From Caulobacteraceae bacterium (GTDB lineage Bacteria > Pseudomonadota > Alphaproteobacteria > Caulobacterales > Caulobacteraceae), in NCBI GenBank assembly GCA_025352085.1, contig JANXUA010000129.1, positions 1,507 through 65,506 of the forward strand: a stretch of 64,000 nucleotides of DNA, written 5' to 3'. Made by a program: the position numbers and the translations under genes. Positions 10,030 to 18,892 of this stretch are shown in pieces. How positions within the stretch are numbered: position 1 is the stretch's first letter; each line of letters starts with the position of its first letter. Under the pieces are notes generated by a model that searched no databases, was not told the origin of the DNA, and was given only the letters and a program-made list of their open reading frames with translations.

Positions 10030-10470
10030 ATGTCGACCCTGGTCGAGCAATGGATCCTCGCGGCGCGCCGGGGTGAGAACCCGCGTGTCATCACTCGTCT
10101 GCCGGCCGGCTGGCTTGTGATCGGCGATGTCCAGCCCCTGCCCGGCTATTGCGTCCTCCTCGCCGACCCCATCGTTCCTGGCCCCAACGCGATGAGCGAG
10201 GCGGACCGCGCCCGCTACGCCCTGGATATGTTCCGCGTCGGCGACGCCCTGATGGCGATCGCCGGCGCCGACCGGATCAACTACGAGACTCTCGGCAACC
10301 TCGACCCGTCGCTGCACACCCACATCATCCCGCGGTTCATGAGCGAGCCGGACGAGCAGCGCCGCGAACGCGCCGCCGTCGCCTATGACTGGGCCAAGGC
10401 TCGCCCGTTCGATCCGGCGACGGATGAGCCGTTCATGGCGAGGATGCGGGCATGGCTGGAAGCGAACTGA
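10030..10470 (+). CDS. HIT family protein
   Basis: PGYCVL, INYETLGNLDPSLHTHIIPR (HIT-like motif). Confidence 0.85.
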   Translation: MSTLVEQWILAARRGENPRVITRLPAGWLVIGDVQPLPGYCVLLADPIVPGPNAMSEADRARYALDMFRVGDALMAIAGADRINYETLGNLDPSLHTHIIPRFMSEPDEQRRERAAVAYDWAKARPFDPATDEPFMARMRAWLEAN

Positions 10471-10514
10471 GCAGCGGATTGCGGTCTGGTTTCCGACCCA
10501 TCTCGCACCCCCTT

Positions 10515-10543
10515 CATCGTCTTCCCCGCGAAGGCGGAAGATG
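10515..10543. repeat. Degenerate REP-like half (family B)
   Basis: CATCGTCTTCCCCGCGAAGGCGGAAGATG. Confidence 0.55.
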
Positions 10544-10660
10544 GCGGCATGAATTATCCGTCATACAAGTCGCCATAACTTCCTGCTGACATTCCCCCAA
10601 ACCCCGCTAACGTGCCGACCGGCGCGGGCGCCTCGCTAAAGGGACCCCGACCCTCGGAGG

Positions 10661-12136
10661 ATGCGCGTGAGTGAAGTGATTTTGCCGCCCGACGGGGCCC
10701 CGGTTCCGGTCTCCGCGCCGACCTACGATCCGAAAGCCAAACTCACCCTCGGCGCGGCATGTTGGGCGCTGTTTGAAGGGGGCCGCACGCCCTACGTCAT
10801 TCTGATCACCATCTATATTTTCATGCCCTATCTGGCGCGGACCGTGGTCGGCGACCCGGTCAAGGGCCAGGTGCTGGTCTCGCAAATGCAGCAGTTCACC
10901 GGCTGGACGGTGGCCCTGACCGCGCCTCTGCTGGGCGCGTCGATCGACAAGCTGGGCGGGCGCAAGTTCTGGCTGGCCTTGATCGTCGCCTTGATGGTCC
11001 CCTTGATCGCCTCTCTGTGGTTCACCAGAGCCGATGGCGCGGGCTTGAGCGTCACGGCAACCCTGCTGATCGCCTACGTGATCGGCGTCCTCTTCACCTA
11101 TTCCGAAGTCTTCCACAATTCCCTGCTGATCCGCGCCGCGGGGTTTTCGACGGCGCACAAGGCCTCGGGGTTGGCGCTTTCGCTCGGCAACGCCTTCAGC
11201 GTCGTGGCGCTCGGCTTCACCGCCTGGGCCTTCGCCCTGCCTGGCCTGCCGTCGACGGCGAGCTGGTCATGGTTGCCGCACGCCCCACTGCTGGGCCTCT
11301 CGCGCGCCTTGCATGAGCCGGAACGAGTCGTCGCCCTGATGTCGGCGGCCCTGTTCACCAGCTGCGCCATACCGTTCTTTTTCTTCACCCCCGACGCCCC
11401 CAAGTCCGGTATTCCCGTTCTCGCCGCGTTTAGGAGCGGCGCCGCCGACCTCTGGCGCATGATCAAGACCGTGCGGGAGTTCCGCGACGCGGCGACCTTT
11501 CTCGTCTCGCGGATGTTTTATGTCGACGGCATGACGGCGATCCTGATCTTCAGCGGCATCTATGCGTCGGGCGTCATGAAATGGGGACCGCTGGAACTGC
11601 TGGTGTGGGGCATCATCCTCAGCGTCCTGGCGGTGTTGGGCGGCTTTGTCGGGCGGTGGATGGACCACGCCTTGGGGCCCAAACGCTCCGTCCAGATCGC
11701 CATCGGCATGGCGACGCTCGGCATGATCGCCAGCCTGGGCATGGCCCCCGACAAGATTCTGTATTTTTGGCATTGGGACCTGGCCGCCCACGCCAATATC
11801 TGGACCGGCCCGTTTTTTCGCACCGTCCCGGAATGGATCTATCTGCTGATCGGATTCAACAACGCCGTCTTCATCACCGCCCACTACGCCTCCAGCCGAA
11901 CCCTGCTGACCCGCTTGACCCCGCCGGAAAAATCGGGCGCCTTCTTCGGCGTTTACGCCCTCTCGGGCACAGCGACGGTGTGGCTGGGCTCGCTTCTGGT
12001 CAATATCGGCACTCGCGTTTTCAAGACCCAGCAGGGCGGAATGGCCTCAATCATCCTTTTGCTGGCGATCGGTTTCGTCGGCCTCACCTTCGTCAAGGGC
12101 GGCGGGCGGCCGGACGAGGCGCTCGACCTTTCGTGA
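10661..12136 (+). CDS. MFS transporter (UMF1-like)
   Basis: About 12 hydrophobic segments; APLLGASIDK.G.RK, SRTLLTRLTPPEKSG.FFG.YALSG. Confidence 0.85.
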   Translation: MRVSEVILPPDGAPVPVSAPTYDPKAKLTLGAACWALFEGGRTPYVILITIYIFMPYLARTVVGDPVKGQVLVSQMQQFTGWTVALTAPLLGASIDKLGGRKFWLALIVALMVPLIASLWFTRADGAGLSVTATLLIAYVIGVLFTYSEVFHNSLLIRAAGFSTAHKASGLALSLGNAFSVVALGFTAWAFALPGLPSTASWSWLPHAPLLGLSRALHEPERVVALMSAALFTSCAIPFFFFTPDAPKSGIPVLAAFRSGAADLWRMIKTVREFRDAATFLVSRMFYVDGMTAILIFSGIYASGVMKWGPLELLVWGIILSVLAVLGGFVGRWMDHALGPKRSVQIAIGMATLGMIASLGMAPDKILYFWHWDLAAHANIWTGPFFRTVPEWIYLLIGFNNAVFITAHYASSRTLLTRLTPPEKSGAFFGVYALSGTATVWLGSLLVNIGTRVFKTQQGGMASIILLLAIGFVGLTFVKGGGRPDEALDLS

Positions 12137-12858
12137 TCCGCCTCTTCGTCACCCACGACCTCGGGGCGGGCGTCGATCTCAACCTGCCCGCCGAGCAGGC
12201 GCACTATCTCGTCAACGTCATGCGTTTAGAGGTCGGCAAAACCTTGCGCTTGTTCAATGGACGCAACGGCGAGTGGGCGGCGCGGCTCATCGCCGTCGCC
12301 AAACGTGGCGCGTCCCTACGGGTGGAAACGTTGGAACGAGCCCAGCACATCGGCCCGGACCTCGATCTGATCGTCGCCCTCATCAAACGCCCACGCCTGG
12401 AGACCATTGTCGAAAAGGCCGCCGAGTTGGGCGCGCGGCGGGTGCGCCTGACCGCCACCGAACGCACCAACGCCGACCGGGTCAAGGTCGAACGCCTGAC
12501 CGCCATCGCCACGGAGGCCGCCGAGCAGACCGGGCGGCTGGACGTGCCCGAAGTGCTGGCGCCCGAACGCCTCGATCGCGTCCTCGCCGGTTGCGGTTCG
12601 TCGCGTCGGCTGATGTTCTGCGACGAAGCCGGCGACGCCGCCCCGGCCCTCGCCGCCCTCCGCGACGCCTCCACCACGCCGTGGGCCATCCTGATCGGTC
12701 CCGAAGGCGGCTTCTCCCCCGCCGAACGCGCGCGCATCCGGGCTGTCCCGGGCGCCGTGCCGGTGTCGCTCGGCCCGCGCATCCTGCGCGCCGACACCGC
12801 GGCCATCGCGGCGATGACCTTGTGGCAGGCGGCGATCGGCGATTGGCGAACCCCTTGA
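12133..12858 (+). CDS. rsmE: 16S rRNA m3U1498 methyltransferase
   Basis: GTG start overlapping MFS stop; HYLVNVMRL, EKAAELG, AAEQT, IGPEGGFS, LGPRILRADTA. Confidence 0.95.
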   Translation: MIRLFVTHDLGAGVDLNLPAEQAHYLVNVMRLEVGKTLRLFNGRNGEWAARLIAVAKRGASLRVETLERAQHIGPDLDLIVALIKRPRLETIVEKAAELGARRVRLTATERTNADRVKVERLTAIATEAAEQTGRLDVPEVLAPERLDRVLAGCGSSRRLMFCDEAGDAAPALAALRDASTTPWAILIGPEGGFSPAERARIRAVPGAVPVSLGPRILRADTAAIAAMTLWQAAIGDWRTP

Positions 12859-12923
12859 GGTTCGCGCTTCGGCGCCCCACTTGCTCATGGATCGGGGATA
12901 GGACTCCAGGCTAAGGGTGCGGG

Positions 12924-14297
12924 ATGGCTGAGACGACGATCGACGATCACCCTTTGACCCTTGACGACCTGACCGGCTGGTTCGCCGCCGGGGGCAAGCC
13001 GGCGTCGGAGTTCCGCGTGGGCGCCGAGCATGAGAAGTTCGTGTTTCGCCAGGGCAGCCACGCGCCGGTCGCCTATGACGGTCCCGCGGGCATCCACGCC
13101 CTGATGGAAGGGCTGATGAAGTTCGGCTGGGCCGGAACCTATGAGCGCAATGCCGCCGGCGGCGAGACTCTGATCGGCCTTTCGCGCGGCATGGCCAATG
13201 TCAGCCTGGAGCCGGGCGGCCAGTTCGAACTATCGGGCGCGCCGCTACCCACCATGCACGACATCTGTGAGGAGACCGGCCAGCACCTCGAGGAGGTCAA
13301 GACCGTCGCCGAAGGCCTGGGGCTGGGCTTTCTCGGTCTCGGCTTCACGCCGATCTGGCGGCGCGACGACGTCCCGATCATGCCCAAGGGCCGTTACGCG
13401 ATCATGCGCAATTACATGCCCAAGGTCGGCGGCCTGGGCCTGGACATGATGTTCCGCACTTGCACGGTACAGGCCAATCTCGACTTCGCCGACGAGGCGG
13501 ACATGGTCGCCAAGTTCCGCGTCAGCCTCGCCCTGCAGCCCATCGCCACGGCTCTCTTCGCCAATTCACCGTTCACAGAGGGCAAGCCGAACGGCTTTTT
13601 GACCGCCCGCGCCAATGTGTGGACCGACACCGACGCCGACCGGACCGGCATGCTCAAGTTCGTGTTCGAGGATGGCTTCGGCTTCGAAACCTACGCCCGC
13701 TACGCCCTCGACGTGCCGATGTATTTCATCAAGCGCGCCGGGCTCTACCACGACGTCGCCGGTCGATCCTTCCGCGATTTTCTTGACGGGCGCCTGCCCG
13801 AGTTGCCGGGCGAGCGGCCGACGATGAAGGATTGGGTCGATCACACCAGCACCATCTTTCCCGAGGTGCGTCTCAAGCAATATCTGGAAATGCGTGGCGC
13901 CGACGCGGGTCCGTGGACCCGCCTGTGCGCCCTGCCGGCCCTGTGGGCGGGCCTTCTCTACGATCCGGCGTCGCAGGCGGCGGCGTGGGATCTGTGCAAG
14001 CACTGGACCGTCGAGGATCGGGCGGGCCTGATCCGCGACGTGCCCCCTCTGGCCCTGCACGCCACCGTGGCCGGGCGCCGGGTCCAGGACGTCGCCAAGG
14101 ACATGATGGCCATCGCCCACCAGGGTCTCAAACGCCGCAATCGCCTGTCCGGCGGCCTGATAGATGAAACAAGCTATCTGGCAGAGCTTGAGGACATAGC
14201 CGATACCGGCGTGACGGCGGCCGAGCGCCTGCTGGCCCTCTACCACGGCGAATGGGCCGGCGACGCCGGCCGGGTGTTCGAGGCGTTCGCGTATTGA
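12924..14297 (+). CDS. gshA: Glutamate-cysteine ligase
   Basis: GAEHEK, SLEPGGQFELSG, PKGRY.IM, TVQANLD, FPEVRLK.YLEMRGAD. Confidence 0.95.
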   Translation: MAETTIDDHPLTLDDLTGWFAAGGKPASEFRVGAEHEKFVFRQGSHAPVAYDGPAGIHALMEGLMKFGWAGTYERNAAGGETLIGLSRGMANVSLEPGGQFELSGAPLPTMHDICEETGQHLEEVKTVAEGLGLGFLGLGFTPIWRRDDVPIMPKGRYAIMRNYMPKVGGLGLDMMFRTCTVQANLDFADEADMVAKFRVSLALQPIATALFANSPFTEGKPNGFLTARANVWTDTDADRTGMLKFVFEDGFGFETYARYALDVPMYFIKRAGLYHDVAGRSFRDFLDGRLPELPGERPTMKDWVDHTSTIFPEVRLKQYLEMRGADAGPWTRLCALPALWAGLLYDPASQAAAWDLCKHWTVEDRAGLIRDVPPLALHATVAGRRVQDVAKDMMAIAHQGLKRRNRLSGGLIDETSYLAELEDIADTGVTAAERLLALYHGEWAGDAGRVFEAFAY

Positions 14298-14304
14298 GAG
14301 CGCC

Positions 14305-15867
14305 ATGACCGACACCGACGTCCTGATCGTCGGCGCAGGGCCAACTGGGCTCGTTCTGGCCCTCAGCCTGGCGCGGCAGGGCATTGAGTTTCGGATCATC
14401 GAGCGCAGCAGCGGTCCCGGCCAGGCGTCGCGCGCCATCGTCGTGCACGCGCGCGTCCTGGAATTCTATCGGCAGCTGGGCATAGCCGAGGAGGTCGTCA
14501 CCCGCGGCGTCAAGGTCGACACCATTCGGATGCGCGAGGGCGGCCGCGAGCGGGCGCGGCTTGATCTGAAGGATATGGGCCGGGGCCTCAGCGCCTATCC
14601 GTTCGCCCTCAGCTTTCCGCAGGACGATCACGAACGGTTCCTGGTCGAGCAGCTGGCGGCAGTCGGCGTCGCGGTGGAGTGGGGCGTCGCCCTGATCGAA
14701 TTCACTCAGGAAGAGACCGGCGTCACCGCGATCCTCGACGCGGGCGGCGCGCGCGAGACGGTGCGCGCCGGTTATGTGTGCGGTTGCGACGGTGGGCACA
14801 GCGTCGTTCGAACCGGTCTTGGGATCGAATTCCCGGGCGGAACCTATAACCAACGCTTTTACGTCGCCGACGTCGCGTTGGCAGGCGAGCGCAACGACGA
14901 TCTGACTGGCAATCTGGCTGGAGATGCGTTCGGACTGATGCTGCCGGTGCGGTCGAGCGGAACGCGCCGACTGATCGGGCTGTTGCCTCCCGCCGCCGCC
15001 GAAGCGCCGCCGCCCGGCTTTGAGGCCATTCGGCCGGCCGTCGAACGCCTGATGGGCATCCGCGTCGAGGCCGTGAACTGGTATTCCACCTATCAGGTGC
15101 ACCACCGGGTGGCGGCGCGGTTTCGGGTCGGGCGGTGTTTTCTGCTCGGAGACGCCGGTCACGTGCACAGTCCCGCCGGCGGCCAGGGCATGAACACCGG
15201 CATCGGCGATGCGGCGAATCTTGCCTGGAAACTCGCCCAGACTCTGAATGGGCGGATGGACCCGGCGGTGCTGGACACCTACGAAACCGAACGGATCGCC
15301 TTCGCCCGCACTCTGGTGGCGACCACCGACCGGGCGTTTCAGGCCCTCGTCGGCGCGGGTCTCGGCGGGCGTCTGGTGCGGACGCTGCTCGCGCCTCGGA
15401 TCCTCGCGATCGCGACCCGCTTCGCCGCCGTGCGCCGCGCCGCGTTCAAGGCCATATCGCAAATCCGCATCCATTATCGGATGAGCGCCCTGAGCGAAGG
15501 CGTCGTCGGCCCGGTTCGTGGCGGCGACCGATTGCCGTGGGTGGCCGATGCAACCGGCGAGGCGGACAACTACGCCCCGTTGCAAACCCTCGACTGGCAG
15601 GCGCACGTTTACGGCAAGATCAGCGACGGTCTCGCAGCGACGTTGGCGGGGGCCGGCTTGCCCCTGCGCGCCTTCGCCTGGAGCGCCGGCGCGCGGGCCG
15701 CGAGCTTGACGCGCGACGCCCTTTATCTGGTGCGGCCGGACGGGCATGTGGCCCTGGCGGCGCGCGATCCTGACGAGAGAACGATTAACGGCTATCTGGC
15801 GCGGATCGGCCTCACGCGTCCGTCACTTCTGCAACATTCGGATAGAACGCTAGCCGCCCGGCTATAA
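14305..15867 (+). CDS. FAD-dependent monooxygenase (PheA/TfdB-like)
   Basis: IVGAGPTGL, GCDGGHS.VR, GDAGHVHSPAGGQGMNTGIGDA.NLAWK. Confidence 0.9.
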   Translation: MTDTDVLIVGAGPTGLVLALSLARQGIEFRIIERSSGPGQASRAIVVHARVLEFYRQLGIAEEVVTRGVKVDTIRMREGGRERARLDLKDMGRGLSAYPFALSFPQDDHERFLVEQLAAVGVAVEWGVALIEFTQEETGVTAILDAGGARETVRAGYVCGCDGGHSVVRTGLGIEFPGGTYNQRFYVADVALAGERNDDLTGNLAGDAFGLMLPVRSSGTRRLIGLLPPAAAEAPPPGFEAIRPAVERLMGIRVEAVNWYSTYQVHHRVAARFRVGRCFLLGDAGHVHSPAGGQGMNTGIGDAANLAWKLAQTLNGRMDPAVLDTYETERIAFARTLVATTDRAFQALVGAGLGGRLVRTLLAPRILAIATRFAAVRRAAFKAISQIRIHYRMSALSEGVVGPVRGGDRLPWVADATGEADNYAPLQTLDWQAHVYGKISDGLAATLAGAGLPLRAFAWSAGARAASLTRDALYLVRPDGHVALAARDPDERTINGYLARIGLTRPSLLQHSDRTLAARL

Positions 15868-16177
15868 CCGTCATCGCCGGATGCGGCGTCTCGTAGGTCC
15901 AGACGGCGTTTTCGGCCACAGCGCCGTCCGCCGTCAGGGTGAAATAGGCCGCGTGGCCCTTATAGGGGCAATAGGTGTCGAGGCCGGTGCGCGCGAGACG
16001 GCTCATATCCACGTCGGCGCGGGGGAAATAGGCGACCTCCTTGTACGACGCTTCCTTCAGCATCAGCACGTCAGCGCTGTCGGCGATGACCTGACCGTGA
16101 AAGCGGGCCAGCATCCTGCCCTCGTGCGGGGTCACCACGATGGGATGATCGGGTCCGGGAATCTTCACAGTGTCCAT
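15812..16177 (-). CDS. DUF427 domain protein
   Basis: YFPRADV, TYCPYKG.AAY, AVWTYETP. Confidence 0.85.
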   Translation of the reverse strand: MDTVKIPGPDHPIVVTPHEGRMLARFHGQVIADSADVLMLKEASYKEVAYFPRADVDMSRLARTGLDTYCPYKGHAAYFTLTADGAVAENAVWTYETPHPAMTVIAGRLAFYPNVAEVTDA

Positions 16178-16296
16178 GGCGCATGGCTCCGCGTTTTCTG
16201 GCCACCCCCTGCCTAGACCGGGGAGTCTACGCGGCGCGGCGAATGCGGTCGACTGCGAAAGTGCGTGGTCGACACCGAAATAAAAATCGGCCCGCC

Positions 16297-16323
16297 TAAC
16301 CCCGCCGCCGACCTTGGACCGTA
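16297..16323 (+). promoter_or_regulatory. Candidate ECF-sigma promoter (-35 TAACCC / -10 CGTA)
   Basis: TAACCC-N17-CGTA about 30 nt before the RBS AAGGAGG and ATG 16353. Confidence 0.35.
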
Positions 16324-16352
16324 GATCACTGTGTAGGTTCAAGGAGGCGCAT

Positions 16353-17267
16353 ATGACGACGATTGATCAAAAGGGCGTGAAACCGCCGCGACGGACGGTG
16401 CTGGCTTCGATCGCGGCGCTGCTGTGCGTCGCGTGCGCCGGGACGGCCGTTGCGGGTCCTGATTTGGTGGCCCTGAGCGTGGTTGACCGCGAGACGGGGC
16501 GGGTGTTGCCGACCTACGCCCACCACGGCCGGCTCTATGTCGCGGGGCAGCCGGGCGCGCGGTACGGCCTGCGCGTGCGCAACCTTACCTCCGGTCGGGT
16601 CATGGTGGTCATGTCGGTCGACGGGGTCAACATCGTCACTGGCGAGACGGCGGACTACGGTCAAAACGGCTATGTGCTCGATCCGTGGAGTTCGTACGAC
16701 CTGAACGGCTGGCGCAAGAGCCAGGCGGAGATCGCCGCCTTCGAATTCGCGCCGCAGGGTCAATCCTACGCCGCCCGCACGGGTCGACCGGCGGATGTCG
16801 GCGTGATCGGCATGGCCGTATTCCGGGAACGCGCCGCCATCCGGCGGCCAATCCCGATGACGCCTCCGGTCCGGTTGGATCGGTTTAGCGAGAACAATCG
16901 CGCCCTCCCCGCCCCCGCGCCGACCGCTGGTCTCTCGGCAAAGTCTTCGGCAATGGCGCGGAGCGAAGCGCGTGCCGCGGATTTGGCCGAAGGCCGAGCC
17001 GAAGCCTACGCCGACGCGCCGGCGGCGCCGGAGGATAAATTGGGCACGGCCCACGGCGCGCGCGAATGGTCGGCTTCGAGTACGACCGCGTTCGAGCGGG
17101 CGACACGGTATCCGCAGAGCCTTCGATTGATCGAATACGACACCTACGCGAACCTGGTGGCGGTCGGGGTGATTCCGCGATTCCCCTATGCGGATCATCG
17201 GCCCCGGCCATTTCCGGCGATCCCCGATCAGCCCGGATTTGTCCCTGATCCGCCCTCGGAACCGTAG
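16353..17267 (+). CDS. Exported protein of unknown function
   Basis: Strong RBS; signal peptide; globular block VVDRETGRVLPTYAH.GRLYVAG.PGARY...VDGVN...GWRKS...VGVIG.AVFRE. Confidence 0.8.
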   Translation: MTTIDQKGVKPPRRTVLASIAALLCVACAGTAVAGPDLVALSVVDRETGRVLPTYAHHGRLYVAGQPGARYGLRVRNLTSGRVMVVMSVDGVNIVTGETADYGQNGYVLDPWSSYDLNGWRKSQAEIAAFEFAPQGQSYAARTGRPADVGVIGMAVFRERAAIRRPIPMTPPVRLDRFSENNRALPAPAPTAGLSAKSSAMARSEARAADLAEGRAEAYADAPAAPEDKLGTAHGAREWSASSTTAFERATRYPQSLRLIEYDTYANLVAVGVIPRFPYADHRPRPFPAIPDQPGFVPDPPSEP

Positions 17268-17307
17268 GTCTTTGCGCCGCCGGGCGCGGCGGCTAGACTA
17301 GGCGTCA

Positions 17308-17886
17308 ATGGAGCCGGGCCCCGCGGACGACGCCGACCTTCTGCGCGCCCACGGCGGCGGCGACCGGCATGCTTTCGGGCGCCTCTATGACCGATATGAT
17401 CGCCAGTGTTTTCAGTTCATCCGCAGAACGTTGGGACCCGCGCACGCGGAGGCCGCCGAGGATCTGCATCAGGACACCTGGATGTCCGTCGCGGCCCACG
17501 CGGGCTCGTATGACGCCCGCAAGTCGTCCTTCGCCACCTGGCTGTTCGCCATCGCGCGCAACAAGGTCTGGGACCATTTTCGCAAGCAGAAGGTGGCGGT
17601 TCTGGCGACCGGAGAGGACGACGCAGCCATGAGGGTCGCCGACACCGGGCCGACACCGATTGAATGGGTGGAAACGCGCGAGTTGGCGCTGACGCTGATC
17701 GCCGCGGTCGAGGCCCTGCCTCTGGTTCAGCGGGAGACATTCGTGATGTTCGCCCAAGGCGGGCTCTCGCTTGACGAGATTGCCGGCGTCACCAACGTCG
17801 GCGTCGAGACGACCAAGAGCCGGCTACGATACGCCCGTTCGGCTTTGAGGCGCATAGTGCCCGGTCAGAGGTCCGCGAATGGATGA
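17308..17886 (+). CDS. ECF RNA polymerase sigma factor
   Basis: AFGRLYDRY, AEDLHQDTW, FATWLFAIARN; region 4 LSLDEIA..T.V..ETTKSRLRYAR. Confidence 0.93.
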   Translation: MEPGPADDADLLRAHGGGDRHAFGRLYDRYDRQCFQFIRRTLGPAHAEAAEDLHQDTWMSVAAHAGSYDARKSSFATWLFAIARNKVWDHFRKQKVAVLATGEDDAAMRVADTGPTPIEWVETRELALTLIAAVEALPLVQRETFVMFAQGGLSLDEIAGVTNVGVETTKSRLRYARSALRRIVPGQRSANG

Positions 17887-18793
17887 GCCTGACACCGCGT
17901 TGGAGCCGATCGACCGGGCTTACGCCAACGCCGAGGCGCTGCTGGCGGATGACGCCGCCCGAGCTCAAAGGCGCGCGCGCGTGCTCGGCGAGATTGCCCG
18001 GACGGACGCCGCGCGACGCGCCGGGACGCCGGTCCGGACCGGGCGATCGATGATGCAATCCGGCGGCTGGCTGGCGGCGGCCGGCGTGGTCGGTTTGAGC
18101 CTGTTCGTCGCCATCCAGGCGCCGCAACGACCGCCAATCGCTACGCCGGCGGCGCGACGCGCGCCGGCGGCCGGCGCTCTCGTAGCGGACGCGGCGTCCG
18201 CGCCAACGCAGAAATCGACGGATCACCCGCCCGTCTTGCCCAAGGTGGCGACGAGCAACGCACCGAGGATCGCCGCCGCGCCCCTCCCGGTCGTACCGAC
18301 GCCGCGTTCGGGGGCCCCAATGGGCGGACTTGCGCGCGGCCCTGACGCGTCGGTCGAGACCGACAAAGCGGCGAACGCCGTCACGGACGCCCGGCCCGAG
18401 GACGCGATCGCCGCCGCCGCGCCGGTGGTGGCCCCACGCGCGGAGGCTTTTGCAGCTTCGCCCCCCCCACCGCCGCGGAGTGCGGCCGTTTCGGCCCTCC
18501 GCGCGGCGCCAAGTCAGGCCGACCGCCTTAGCGCCGCCGCCGCCGCGGGCCGCGCGCCCGAAGTGGAAGACCTGCTCGCCCGGGGGACGCCGGTCGATGC
18601 GCGGGACGCCGACGGCGACACCGCCTTGATGAAGAGCGTCGTCGCCGGGAGAGTGAAGACGGCGGCGCTTCTGCGCGGGCGCGGCGCGAGCCTGGATCGG
18701 AAAAACCGCGCGGGCCTGAGTGTCAGGGACGTCGCCAAGGCGATAGACGACCCGGACATGAACCAGGCGCTCGGCGTGAAGTCGCCGCCCTGA
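17879..18793 (+). CDS. Putative membrane-anchored anti-sigma factor with C-terminal ankyrin repeats
   Basis: 8-nt overlap with sigma gene; TM WLAAAGVVGLSLFVAI; Ala/Pro linker; ANK motifs LLARGTPVDARDADGDTAL, LLRGRGASLDRKNRAG. Confidence 0.7.
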   Translation: MDEPDTALEPIDRAYANAEALLADDAARAQRRARVLGEIARTDAARRAGTPVRTGRSMMQSGGWLAAAGVVGLSLFVAIQAPQRPPIATPAARRAPAAGALVADAASAPTQKSTDHPPVLPKVATSNAPRIAAAPLPVVPTPRSGAPMGGLARGPDASVETDKAANAVTDARPEDAIAAAAPVVAPRAEAFAASPPPPPRSAAVSALRAAPSQADRLSAAAAAGRAPEVEDLLARGTPVDARDADGDTALMKSVVAGRVKTAALLRGRGASLDRKNRAGLSVRDVAKAIDDPDMNQALGVKSPP

Positions 18794-18892
18794 TCTCGCG
18801 CCGCTTGTGCAAGCACGCCCGCCGTGATTGTTTTGGTAAATGATCCATAGCGCCGCCGCGCCAAGGTCGGCCCGCGTCGGGGTGAGAAACGC

